From Candidatus Latescibacterota bacterium (GTDB lineage Bacteria > Krumholzibacteriota > Krumholzibacteriia > WVZY01 > JAKEHA01), in the NCBI GenBank assembly GCA_963707635.1, contig OY970173.1, positions 448,001 through 512,000 on the forward strand: DNA of 64,000 bases, read 5' to 3'. Shown here piece after piece: positions 30,805 through 39,992 of this stretch. The notes beneath the pieces are model-generated. The model searched no databases. It was not told where the DNA came from and was given only the letters and a program-made list of their open reading frames with translations. Position 1 is the stretch's first letter. Each line of letters opens with the position of its first letter. Position numbers and translations under genes: made by a program.

Positions 30805-32024
30805 AATGGATCGTGGCAGCAGTCATGGCGACCATCGCGACCGCGAGTAATGCCGGGCGACCGTACGTCCCTGCGCAGACGGTCACAAGCACGAACGCGC
30901 GCGCATCGTTGGTGGAGTTGTTCACATCGGAAGGCTGTTCGAGCTGCCCACCGGCGGAGACCTGGTTGAGCGACCTCGCGACGAGCGAGCGCCTGTGGAA
31001 GGACGTCGTGCCGGTCGCGTTTCACGTCGACTACTGGGATTACCTGGGGTGGGTTGACATCTTCGCACGGCCCGCGTTCAGCGAGCGCCAGCGCGACTAT
31101 GCGGAAGCCTGGAAGGCGGACCGCGTGTACACGCCGGGTTTCGTCGTGAACGGCGTGGAATGGAACGGCTGGCGCGACCGGCGACCGTTGCCGACACCGA
31201 GCGGTAGCGGCGCGATACTGACTTTGGATCTGACGCAGGAGAGTGCCAGGGTGCGGTTCGAACCGGCGCAGAAGCCACACGGCGAGCTCACCGCGCACGT
31301 GACGCTGCTGGGGATGGGCCTCGCGCGGAAGGTTCTCGCGGGGGAGAACAAGGGCAAGACCCTCACCCATGACTTTGTCGTGCTCGACTATCAGCGCGTG
31401 CGGCTCGTCCCCAACGGGGATGCGTTTGGGGGCAAAGGACGATGGAGCTACGCGAAAAACCCCGCACCCGCCGCCTACGCGGTGGCCGTATGGGTCACAG
31501 ATGGCGAGAGCAGTGAACCGATTCAGGCGGCCGGCGCGGCGCTGAACGATGCGAGCCTGCAAGCGCTTCAGTTTTCGCAGAACGGAGGAGAATCCATGAA
31601 CAAGATCAACAAGACGGAAGCCGAGTGGCGGGAGGTTCTCACCCCGGAGGAGTTTCGGGTGGCGCGCGAGAAAGGCACCGAACCGGCGTTCACGGGCCGT
31701 TACTGGAATAACCACGATGCGGGCGTCTATGTGTGCGTGGCGTGCGGACAACCGTTGTTTTCGTCCGATACTAAGTTCGAATCCGGCACCGGCTGGCCGA
31801 GCTTTTTCCGACCGGTCGATGAACGCAACGTGGCGCGAGAAGGCGACGAGAGCCTGGGCATGGACCGCACGGAAGTCATGTGCAGCCGGTGCGATTCGCA
31901 CCTCGGCCACGTCTTCGACGACGGTCCGAAGCCGACGGGTCTCCGCTACTGCATCAACTCGGCCGCGCTCAAGTTCGCGCCCAAGGACCCACAGGCCGAA
32001 GACGCGAAGAACGCCAAGAAATAA
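30801..32024 (+). CDS. msrB: Secreted DUF1223 thioredoxin-like domain fused to methionine-R-sulfoxide reductase MsrB
   Basis: Signal peptide; [28 protein letters not shown]; then [34 protein letters not shown]. Confidence 0.88.
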   Translation: MKWIVAAVMATIATASNAGRPYVPAQTVTSTNARASLVELFTSEGCSSCPPAETWLSDLATSERLWKDVVPVAFHVDYWDYLGWVDIFARPAFSERQRDYAEAWKADRVYTPGFVVNGVEWNGWRDRRPLPTPSGSGAILTLDLTQESARVRFEPAQKPHGELTAHVTLLGMGLARKVLAGENKGKTLTHDFVVLDYQRVRLVPNGDAFGGKGRWSYAKNPAPAAYAVAVWVTDGESSEPIQAAGAALNDASLQALQFSQNGGESMNKINKTEAEWREVLTPEEFRVAREKGTEPAFTGRYWNNHDAGVYVCVACGQPLFSSDTKFESGTGWPSFFRPVDERNVAREGDESLGMDRTEVMCSRCDSHLGHVFDDGPKPTGLRYCINSAALKFAPKDPQAEDAKNAKK

Positions 32025-32102
32025 GTTCTCGGGCACGGAATCTGCGTCCAGCCGCTGGACGGTGACCCCGGGCGGTGATACGGTCGGGTCACCGCCCACG
32101 GC

Positions 32103-33203
32103 ATGATCTACTACCTGGTAACTCCGGAGTATACGCACACGATGCGGACGTTCCTCGACCACTGGGCCGGGGACGTACGGGGGCGCATCCGGATTCTCAC
32201 CTACGACGAGGCGTTTCATTCCCCCGAGCTTCCAGTGGGAACCTACATCTTCTCGGACCTGGAGCGCATGCTGCCCGCGGAAACCGAGACGGCGACGCTG
32301 GTCTGGAATCAGCTCCACGGCGCCGGCGCGCGCCTGCTGAATCACCCCACGCGCACGCTCCGCCGCTACGACCTGCTCACGATGCTCTACGCGAAGGGGC
32401 GGAATCGATTTCGGGTGGCGCGCGCCACCGACCGCGCCGCCGAGCTGCGCTTCCCCGTCTTCGTGCGCGAGGAAGCCGACCACGCCGGGAGCATCACCAA
32501 ACTGCTCGCGAACCGGCGCAAGCTAGACGACGCGCTGTCGGGCGCGATGGTGCGCGGGCACAGATTGAAGAACCTGCTGGTCGAGGAGTACTGCGACACG
32601 TCCGATGCGAACGGCGTGTTTAAGAAACACTCGGCGTTCATCATCGCTGGCCGGGTCGTCCCCTGCCACGTCGATTGCTCGCGGGGCTGGGTGGTCAAGG
32701 ACACCGACATCGTGAGCCCGGAGGTCATGGAGGAGGAACGCAGGTACCTCGAGACCAACCCGCACCGGCAGTGGCTGGAGGAGACGTTCGCGCTTGCGGG
32801 CGTCGACTACGGGCGCATCGACTACAGCCTCCTCGGCGGCGCGCCGCAGGTCTGGGAGATCAATACCAACCCCATCGTGATCCTCCACCCGGACAACTAC
32901 TCCGAGATCCATATGCCGGTGAAACGGATGTTCGCAGAGCGAATCCGCCCGGCGTTCGAGGCAATCGATACGGTGGCTCCCGGACGAACCATCGCGCTCT
33001 CGGTGCCGCCCCTTCTGCTCGCGCGCCTGAAGAAGGAATCGAGCCGGCGTAGGCGGGCGCTCGCCCGGCATCAGCGGGTAAGACGAATCACCCGGTCGGT
33101 CCCCTTCAGGATGGTACGTGGGATCGCCCGCCCGTTCCTCACCGCCATTTCTCCCCTGGTGGCTCGCATGGGTCGCCGGGAAAACGTCGCAAAGTCCCAC
33201 TAA
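32103..33203 (+). CDS. ATP-grasp-like hypothetical protein
   Basis: FPVFVR, LLVEEY, DYGRIDY, VWEINTNP. Confidence 0.55.
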   Translation: MIYYLVTPEYTHTMRTFLDHWAGDVRGRIRILTYDEAFHSPELPVGTYIFSDLERMLPAETETATLVWNQLHGAGARLLNHPTRTLRRYDLLTMLYAKGRNRFRVARATDRAAELRFPVFVREEADHAGSITKLLANRRKLDDALSGAMVRGHRLKNLLVEEYCDTSDANGVFKKHSAFIIAGRVVPCHVDCSRGWVVKDTDIVSPEVMEEERRYLETNPHRQWLEETFALAGVDYGRIDYSLLGGAPQVWEINTNPIVILHPDNYSEIHMPVKRMFAERIRPAFEAIDTVAPGRTIALSVPPLLLARLKKESSRRRRALARHQRVRRITRSVPFRMVRGIARPFLTAISPLVARMGRRENVAKSH

Positions 33204-33253
33204 AAAACTAGATTAGCAGCGTGCCCCGCCGGTCGCGGTGCCTTGAGTAATAG

Positions 33254-33322
33254 TAGTAGTCACAGCTACTAACATATTCGCTGCTTGACGCTAGGGCGCT
33301 TTAGTAGTAGCCGTGACAGCTA
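33254..33322. promoter_or_regulatory. Two inverted 18-bp pseudo-palindromes (putative TrmB operator pair)
   Basis: TAGTAGTCACAGCTACTA (33254-33271); TAGTAGCCGTGACAGCTA (33305-33322) matches its reverse complement 15/18; TTGACG between them. Confidence 0.6.
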
Positions 33323-34116
33323 TGAATCAGAAAACCAGCCTTCAGCAACTTGGACTCACGCCCATGGAGGCACTTGCATACACCTATCTCGTGGCTAATC
33401 CGTCGGCCACGGGATATCGGGTCGCCCGTGGAGTTGGAAAACCAACCGCCAACGTGTACCGGGCACTCGAGAGTCTGGAGCGCAAGGGCGCCGTAATCCG
33501 GGACCGATCCGCCGCTCCCCTCTTTCGCGCGATTGCGCCGCAGGAGCTGCTGGGCCAACTCGAGCGTGAGTTCGTCGAGCGAAAGGCCTCGGCCGCGAGG
33601 GAGCTGGCGTCGCTCCATGCCGACAAGGACGACGAGCGGCTCTACTCGCTGGGATCGGTCGAGCAGGTCGTGGATCGAGGGCGCCGCCTCCTGGCATCCG
33701 CGCGCCGCATCGTTCTGGCGGATGCGCCCGGCGATCTCATTGAATCCCTGGCGGACGGGATCGCGCAGGCGCGCGGCCGCGGCATCCGCGTTCTGGTGAT
33801 CGAGCAGGATCGGCTCGTCGACGCGCGCGATGCCGTCCCGACACAGGCGGGGCGCAGGCGTGGGGCGCAGCCGCGACTACGGATGGTGGCGGACGCGCGG
33901 GAGGCTCTGCTGGCGGAACTCTCCCCGGACGTCACGCGGGTCCGCGAAGCGCTCTGGACGCAAAGCGCGATCTTCGCGGCGACGATCCACGACGCGCTTA
34001 CGACCGAACTGTTCTTTCTCGAGGTCGCGCGCGGGGTCGCCGAGGGGTTGAGTGTGGACGAAGTGGAGCAGGCGTTCGAACGTTGTCGCGAGATTCGTGA
34101 CGACAGCGGAGCATGA
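33322..34116 (+). CDS. TrmB-family transcriptional regulator
   Basis: LQQLGLTPMEALAYTYL...ATGYRVAR..G..TANVYRALESLERKG wHTH; C-terminal effector domain. Confidence 0.85.
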   Translation: MNQKTSLQQLGLTPMEALAYTYLVANPSATGYRVARGVGKPTANVYRALESLERKGAVIRDRSAAPLFRAIAPQELLGQLEREFVERKASAARELASLHADKDDERLYSLGSVEQVVDRGRRLLASARRIVLADAPGDLIESLADGIAQARGRGIRVLVIEQDRLVDARDAVPTQAGRRRGAQPRLRMVADAREALLAELSPDVTRVREALWTQSAIFAATIHDALTTELFFLEVARGVAEGLSVDEVEQAFERCREIRDDSGA

Positions 34117-34789
34117 CCGTCGTTCCCTCCGTCGCCGGGGCCTCCCGGACCACCCACTGATTGCTCTGCGCGCCGTGAAAGAGTTCGACGGCCGATGAGC
34201 GAACGGCGAACCACTCGAAGTTCCTGGCGAGCAGCACGAGCCGCGCCGCCGGGTGATCGGTCGCGCGCGCGCGCGCCCGGCGGGCGAGCTCCTCGGCCGC
34301 GTCGCGCGGCGCCTGAACACCAAACTGACCCGCGAGGGTGACGAAGAATCCCTGCCCGTCGTCCGAAACCGCGAGGTCGATATGACGGGCCGTGGTCGAC
34401 ACCGACATCGTCAACCACGAGCTGCCCGCGTGCGACGAGGCGCTGCGGACCAGCTCGTTGAACGCGGCGCGACAGAGATTTCGGACCGCGTCCCGCTCAC
34501 CGGCGAGCATCGGCGCCACGTGGTCGTCCCACACCCGGTCGGCATTCAACACCGGGGTGATGCGAAACTCCCGGGTGAGAGCGCCGGTGGGCCGCAGCTC
34601 GTAGCGCTTCGCGCGGGTGCTGCCGGTCTCCATCAGCAGGCCGTGCCCGATCAGCCCATCCAGATGCCGGTTTGCGGCCTGGCGCGAAATCCCGTATGCT
34701 TTCGCGATTCGGCCGGCCACGCCGATGCCGTCTTCCGAGACGTGGTCAAGAATGAACTCGTGAATCAGACGTGTGCGTGAGCGTTTCAT
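33998..34789 (-). CDS. wHTH + degenerate HATPase-like protein, apparently C-terminally truncated
   Basis: GISRQAANRHL..L...G.L...G.TR..RY wHTH; DRVW, AFNEL, VSDDGQGFF, GTTVML; last ~40 codons overlap trmB antisense. Confidence 0.6.
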   Translation of the reverse strand: MKRSRTRLIHEFILDHVSEDGIGVAGRIAKAYGISRQAANRHLDGLIGHGLLMETGSTRAKRYELRPTGALTREFRITPVLNADRVWDDHVAPMLAGERDAVRNLCRAAFNELVRSASSHAGSSWLTMSVSTTARHIDLAVSDDGQGFFVTLAGQFGVQAPRDAAEELARRARARATDHPAARLVLLARNFEWFAVRSSAVELFHGAQSNQWVVREAPATEGTTVMLRCRHESRDNVRTPAPLRPHSTPRRPRARPRERTVRS

Positions 34790-34822
34790 GCCGTTCGCCG
34801 GTTGTAGTCCGCGCGGCAAAGT

Positions 34823-34943
34823 ATTGTCAACGGAAATTGCGCATCGTTATCGTTTGACTCCAATCAATTGTCAATATAACGACAAATTATTGTCAACATT
34901 ATAGCGCTGGTATTGTCAATTAAACTAGCTTCATAATTGTCAA
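34823..34943. repeat. Five phased ATTGTCAA direct repeats in an AT-rich divergent intergenic region
   Basis: Copies start at 34823, 34867, 34889, 34912, 34936. Confidence 0.85.
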
Positions 34944-34968
34944 CATTTTGATCAAAATCGTATTTGCA

Positions 34969-35817
34969 ATGAATAGATTACGCGAGTTCATGGAAACGAT
35001 CCGTGTCGAACATACGGTGTTCGCACTTCCCTTCGCCTATGCCGCCCTGTTCCTGGCGGCCGATGGGTGGCCGAGCGGGCGCACGCTGCTCTGGATCACG
35101 GTGGCAATGGTCGCGGGCCGGACGGTGGGCATGGCCGCCAACCGGATCGTCGACGCGCAAATCGACGCGCGCAACCCGCGAACCGCCCGCCGCGCGATCC
35201 CGGGCGGGCGGCTGTCCCGCTCCTGGGCGGGCGTCTTTTCTGCCGTCGCCCTGGCGCTGTTCGTTTTCGCCGTCTACCAGCTCCATCCGGCGTGCAGGCG
35301 GCTATGGCCGATCGTGGTAGCGGTGGTGTTGGTGTATCCGTATGCGAAGCGCTTCACCCCGTACTCGCACCTCTTTCTCGGCGCGGTGTACCTCCTCGTG
35401 CCGACGTCGGTATGGATTGCCGTCACCGGCCAGGTGCCGTTGGCGGCCGTGGTGCTGGGCGTGGGGGCGGCGTTGTGGGTGGCGGGTTTCGACATCATCT
35501 ACGCCTGCCAGGACGTCGAGGTCGATCGCCGCCAGGGGCTGCATTCGATGCCGGCGGATTTCGGCCTCAGGCGCGCGTTGCTGGTATCCGAATGGTTGCA
35601 CGCCGGATTCATTCTCTCTCTGATTGCCGCCGGCTTGTTGCTCGGCGCTGGAGCGTGGTACTGGTTGGGGACTCTGTTGACTTCACTGCTGCTTTCGCAT
35701 GAGCACCATCTCGTGAAACCCGGCGACCTCTCAAAGGTCAACGCCGCGTTTTTCACGACCAACGGCGTCGTGAGCGTCGGGCTCTTCATCCTCATTGCCC
35801 TCGACACGGTGGTCTGA
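34969..35817 (+). CDS. UbiA-family prenyltransferase (MqnP-like, futalosine menaquinone pathway)
   Basis: EHTVFALPFAY, NRIVDAQIDARNPRT..R.IP, Y.KRFT, GFDIIYACQD, AFFTTNG. Confidence 0.88.
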   Translation: MNRLREFMETIRVEHTVFALPFAYAALFLAADGWPSGRTLLWITVAMVAGRTVGMAANRIVDAQIDARNPRTARRAIPGGRLSRSWAGVFSAVALALFVFAVYQLHPACRRLWPIVVAVVLVYPYAKRFTPYSHLFLGAVYLLVPTSVWIAVTGQVPLAAVVLGVGAALWVAGFDIIYACQDVEVDRRQGLHSMPADFGLRRALLVSEWLHAGFILSLIAAGLLLGAGAWYWLGTLLTSLLLSHEHHLVKPGDLSKVNAAFFTTNGVVSVGLFILIALDTVV

Positions 35818-35818
35818 G

Positions 35819-36493
35819 ATGGCGTGCTACGCGGTTGGAATCACGGGGGGCAGCGGCGCACCGTACGCGATCCGGCTCCTGCAGGCCCTGGTCGCCGCCG
35901 GTCACGACGTGCACGCGGTAGTGTCGCCGGCGGGGGAGACGGTCCTGCAGATCGAGTGCGGGATCCGAATGGGTACCACCCTGCGCGAGAAGCAGGCGGT
36001 GTTGCTCGGCGCTATCCAGAGCCTGGAAGCGGGCCAGGGGTCGCTCGACGCGATTTCGCGAGGCCCGCAACCCACCCCGGGGACCCTCCGCCTCTTCGAC
36101 CCGATGAATCTCGCCGCGCCGATTTCGAGCGGCTCGTTTCCATGCGCGGGGATGGCCATCGTCCCGTGTTCGACCGGGACGCTCGGGCGGGTCGCGAACG
36201 GCATCTCCTCCAATTTGATCGAACGCGCCGCCGACGTGATGCTCAAGGAACGCCGCCGACTCGTGGTCGTGCCGCGCGAGACGCCGCTCTCGGAAGTCCA
36301 CCTGCGCAACATGCTCGCGCTGCGCCAGGCGGGCGCAGACATTCTGCCCGCGATGCCCGCGTTCTATCACCGGCCCCGGACGATCGCGGATCTGGTCGAC
36401 ATGATCGCGGGACGCATCCTCGACCGCCTCGGTATCGAGAACGCGCTGTTTCATCGGTGGGGAACTGAGCCGTCGAACCGCGGCGATGAATGA
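35819..36493 (+). CDS. ubiX: Flavin prenyltransferase UbiX
   Basis: GITGGSGA, SSGS, PCSTGTL, RAADVMLKERR.LVVVPRETP, PAMPAFY. Confidence 0.93.
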   Translation: MACYAVGITGGSGAPYAIRLLQALVAAGHDVHAVVSPAGETVLQIECGIRMGTTLREKQAVLLGAIQSLEAGQGSLDAISRGPQPTPGTLRLFDPMNLAAPISSGSFPCAGMAIVPCSTGTLGRVANGISSNLIERAADVMLKERRRLVVVPRETPLSEVHLRNMLALRQAGADILPAMPAFYHRPRTIADLVDMIAGRILDRLGIENALFHRWGTEPSNRGDE

Positions 36494-36501
36494 GCCGACG
36501 T

Positions 36502-36603
36502 CGCGGGTCCTGTCGCCGACAGCCCGGTGCGGCTCGCTTCGTCCGCGCCTGCGCACTAGACTCGCTCGCCGCGCGGGCGCCCGTCGGCGCCACCCGCTCG
36601 TGC
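36502..36603 (+). repeat. Full copy of ~98-bp dispersed hairpin repeat
   Basis: 91/98 identical to 42261-42358; self-complementary ends. Confidence 0.88.
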
Positions 36604-36645
36604 CACTGTCATCTCGCTGCCCCGCGGCAATCGGGCGTTCAAACA

Positions 36646-36686
36646 GAATCGCCCCGCGACGTTGCCATCACGGGGCGATTCCTTTT
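36646..36686. terminator. Hairpin between convergent ubiX and omp genes (terminator or REP-like)
   Basis: GAATCGCCCCG / CGGGGCGATTC 11-bp stem followed by CTTTT. Confidence 0.55.
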
Positions 36687-36720
36687 CGACTTGCGTCGAT
36701 CAGGGGCGTTGCAAACTCGA

Positions 36721-37257
36721 CTAGAGGCTGAACGCCAGGCCGCCGCGGGCCGACCAGTGGTTCGCATCCTCGACGACGTTGTACCAGCCCGAGCCCACGA
36801 TGCTCGCGCGCTGGCTGACGCCGACCTTGATGCCGGCGCCCGTCTGGAATCCGAACTTCGTGTCGCCGACATCGGGCACGCCCGAAACGGCCGCGTTCAT
36901 CATGTGGGCGGCAGCGCCCGCAGCGACGAACGGCTGAACACGGACCGACGACGTCGGAATCGTGTACTTCAGATTCGCGCCGATCGTCCAGTCGCTGAAC
37001 GAAACCTCCTGGTTGCCGGTCCCGTCGGACCAGTTCCAGTAATTGACGAACGGATTGACATACAGATTCGTGGCCGGCAGACCGAAGTCCACGTATGCCC
37101 CGGCCACCCACGTGCCGCTGACATCCTGAACGCCGTTCAGATCCGGGCTCACGTAGCCAGCCTCGAAGCCGACCGCGCGAAGCGGGCCGGCGACCGCGCT
37201 GGACGCCGCGAGGGACGCGGCAGCCAACATCGCTACCAGTACGACAAGTTTCTTCAT
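36721..37257 (-). CDS. Small outer-membrane beta-barrel protein
   Basis: Signal peptide, amphipathic beta-strands, QPFVAAG, GFQTGAG, terminal GLAFSL; RBS AGGAGG. Confidence 0.8.
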   Translation of the reverse strand: MKKLVVLVAMLAAASLAASSAVAGPLRAVGFEAGYVSPDLNGVQDVSGTWVAGAYVDFGLPATNLYVNPFVNYWNWSDGTGNQEVSFSDWTIGANLKYTIPTSSVRVQPFVAAGAAAHMMNAAVSGVPDVGDTKFGFQTGAGIKVGVSQRASIVGSGWYNVVEDANHWSARGGLAFSL

Positions 37258-37560
37258 TTCCGTCTAACCTCCTGATTGATCCCGCCCGCGGCCGTATGTT
37301 TCCCATGCGGCTTGAATCTTTCCCGCGCGGCCTCCATCGGTTTGGGACTGCCGGGCTAGTGCAAGGGCGGGGCCAGCTCAGGGGATCGGGCACGGCCGGA
37401 ACGACGAACCGTTTTTAGAAACAACGAGTTAGTTAATGGGGCGAGAGGGAAGCGGAGCCGGCGCCCCCGGTCACTGGCTGGTACGGCATTGTGCGGCGCC
37501 GGGGGTCCGGCTGGCAAATCGAGGGTGCGCCTGCCCGGCGCGGGCGATAGAGTGTCCAGC

Positions 37561-39366
37561 ATGCCTTTTTTGAATCTCCGCGCGTTCCTGTCCGACCTCG
37601 AAGCCCGGGGCGATCTCAAGCGCGTGCGCGTGGAAGTCGACAGTCGACTCGAAGTGGCCGAGATCGCGCGGCGCATGGTGCGCGAGCAGGGGCCGGCGCT
37701 CCTGTTCGAGCACCCGAGGGGCTCGCGGTTCCCGCTGGCGATCAACTTCTTCGGGAGCTTCGCGCGCATCGAGCGCGCGATCGGGATGCACCCGGAAGCA
37801 CTCGGCGAACGCCTCGTTCGCTTCGCGGAAGAACTGAATCCGCCGTCGCCGTCGCGGCTGTGGGGCGCGCGCGACCTGCTTCCACGCCTGCTGGCGTTTC
37901 GACCCGCGCGGACCCGCCGCGCGGCCAGCCAGGAAATCGCGGCCGCCACCGACCTCGGAACGCTCCCGGTCATCACGTGCTGGCCGCAGGACGCGGGGCC
38001 GTTCATCACCTTTCCGCTGGTCGTCTCGCGGCATCCGTCGAAAGGGAAGAGCAACGTCGGGATCTATCGGATGCAGGTGTTCGATTCCGCGTCGACCGGG
38101 ATGCACTGGCAGATTCACAAGGGGGGCGGCTTCCACTACCACGAGGCGGAAAAGACCGGGCGTGCGCTTCCCGTCGCGGTGGCCCTGGGGGCGGACCCGG
38201 CGCTGATGCTCGCCGGCATTTTCCCTCTGCCCGAGGCGCTGGAGGAGATTGCGTTCGCGGGCATCCTGAGCGCGCGGCGCACCCGGCTCGTTCGCGCGAA
38301 GACGATCGACCTCGACGTTCCGGCGGACGCCGAATTTGTATTGGAGGGAGAGGTGCCGCCGTTCGAGCGGCGCGCCGAGGGGCCGTTCGGGGATCACTTC
38401 GGCCACTATTGCGACGTCGCCGACTTTCCGGTCTTCCGGGTCAGCGCGATCACGCACCGGCGGCGGCCCATCTATCCGGCGGCGGTGGTGGGAAAGCCGC
38501 CGCAGGAAGATCGCTACATGGGAGACGCCTCCCAGATGATTCTCGGGCCTCTCATCCGGTTGATGCGCCCCGAAGTGGGAGACGTGTGGGCGTACTACGA
38601 GGCGGGATTTCACAATCTGCTGGTCGCGTCGGTGGAGGCGCGGTATACGCGCGAGCCGATTCGCACCGCGCTGGGGCTTTTGGGCGAGGGCCAGCTCGGG
38701 TTGAGCAAGGTGGTCGTGCTCGTCGATCGCACGGTGAACGCACGGAGTTTTCGCGAGGTGCTGGGTGCGATTCGACGCCATTACGATCCGCGCGAAAACT
38801 TCCACCTCATCTCACGCGCCCCCCTGGATACGCTGGATTTCACGAGCTTCAAGATGCACCTGGGGAGTCGAATGATCCTCGACGCGACCGGGAGCCGCGC
38901 CCAGTACTCCGGCGGACGGCCGCTCGGCAATTCGCCGGACGCGCCAGGACCCGGCGGTGTGGCGGTGCGCGACCCCGCGGAGATCGCCCCGGAGGTAAGA
39001 CAATGGAGGCTCTGGGAAGACACGCTGCTCGTGGTCCAGGTCGGGCGCATCGAACGAGGCCTCGGCCGCCGCGTCCTGGAGGCGCTGGTCGCCGCGCCCG
39101 CGATGGCGTCGGTCAAGGTGATTGCGGTGGTGAGTCCGGATGTGAACCTTGAGGACGACGTGGACACGATCTGGGGCATCTTCACGCGTTTCGACCCCGC
39201 GCGCGACCTCATGTTCACGCGCGTGTCGATGAACGGGGTACAGCCCTGCTACGAAGGAGTTACGGGTATCGATGCAACCTGGAAGCCGGGCTATCCTGAC
39301 CCGGTCGTTGCGGACCCCGATACCGTGCGCAACGTGGACCGTCGCTGGGAGGAGTACTGGCGGTAG
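37561..39366 (+). CDS. UbiD-family prFMN decarboxylase (MqnL-like, menaquinone biosynthesis)
   Basis: GPALLF, WPQDAGPFIT, NVGIYRMQ, MHWQIHKGG, EGPFGDHFG, GKPPQED, LDTLDF; duplicated C-terminal domain. Confidence 0.9.
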   Translation: MPFLNLRAFLSDLEARGDLKRVRVEVDSRLEVAEIARRMVREQGPALLFEHPRGSRFPLAINFFGSFARIERAIGMHPEALGERLVRFAEELNPPSPSRLWGARDLLPRLLAFRPARTRRAASQEIAAATDLGTLPVITCWPQDAGPFITFPLVVSRHPSKGKSNVGIYRMQVFDSASTGMHWQIHKGGGFHYHEAEKTGRALPVAVALGADPALMLAGIFPLPEALEEIAFAGILSARRTRLVRAKTIDLDVPADAEFVLEGEVPPFERRAEGPFGDHFGHYCDVADFPVFRVSAITHRRRPIYPAAVVGKPPQEDRYMGDASQMILGPLIRLMRPEVGDVWAYYEAGFHNLLVASVEARYTREPIRTALGLLGEGQLGLSKVVVLVDRTVNARSFREVLGAIRRHYDPRENFHLISRAPLDTLDFTSFKMHLGSRMILDATGSRAQYSGGRPLGNSPDAPGPGGVAVRDPAEIAPEVRQWRLWEDTLLVVQVGRIERGLGRRVLEALVAAPAMASVKVIAVVSPDVNLEDDVDTIWGIFTRFDPARDLMFTRVSMNGVQPCYEGVTGIDATWKPGYPDPVVADPDTVRNVDRRWEEYWR

Positions 39367-39388
39367 CGGGTCGCGGGGAATATAGGTA

Positions 39389-39417
39389 TTGACACGGTTT
39401 TGGGAACCCTATATGCT
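39389..39417 (+). promoter_or_regulatory. Sigma70-type promoter of RRM gene
   Basis: TTGACA-17bp-TATGCT. Confidence 0.75.
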
Positions 39418-39567
39418 TCTCTCTGTCAGTTAATCGGTCTGCGTTCATTCTGAGCCGCGTATCGCCCATCCTTTTCAGGTCAGCGACCCCAGTCTTGTGT
39501 TTGAGCGCTAGCAAACGGGTGGAAGAATGGTCTTTCACGCGAGTCATGTTCGAAAGGATCTAGCACA

Positions 39568-39888
39568 ATGAATCGTAAACTCTATGTCGGTAATCTGAAT
39601 TTCGCCACCACCGAAGACGACCTGCGGCAGCTGTTCAGCGAGGTCGCCCCGGTTGCGTCGGTTTCGATCGTCACCGATCGTGAGACCGGCCGGCCGCGTG
39701 GCTTCGGCTTCGTCGAGATGGAAACCAGCGAGGGTGCCCAGGCGGCAGTGGAGAAACTGAACAACCGCGAGGTTGATCAGCGCACGATCACCGTCAACGA
39801 GGCGCGTCCCAAGACCGAGGGTGGTCGCGGGGTCGATCGCGGGTTCAACCGCGGTGGATTCGGCGGCGGCGGCCGTCGCAGCTATTAG
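39568..39888 (+). CDS. RRM RNA-binding protein with Gly/Arg-rich tail
   Basis: KLYVGNL (RNP2), RGFGFVEM (RNP1), VNEARP. Confidence 0.93.
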   Translation: MNRKLYVGNLNFATTEDDLRQLFSEVAPVASVSIVTDRETGRPRGFGFVEMETSEGAQAAVEKLNNREVDQRTITVNEARPKTEGGRGVDRGFNRGGFGGGGRRSY

Positions 39889-39922
39889 TCTGCGACGATC
39901 GGACGTATCCGAAAATCAGAAG

Positions 39923-39955
39923 AGCGCGGGGCCAAACGGTCCCGCGCTTTTTCTT
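39923..39955 (+). terminator. Intrinsic terminator
   Basis: AGCGCGGG/CCCGCGCT stem then T-rich tract. Confidence 0.8.
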
Positions 39956-39992
39956 TGCGGGAGCGCAATCCGGTTCGGCTACAATGCCGGGC

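Noticed and set aside
33251..33310. TAGTAGTAG runs as DnaA-trios / second origin
   Set aside because: No adjacent DnaA boxes or AT-rich unwinding tract; better explained as an operator palindrome
34823..34943. ATTGTCAA array as a mini-CRISPR
   Set aside because: Repeats are only 8 bp with 14-16 bp gaps (one 36 bp) and no cas genes are nearby
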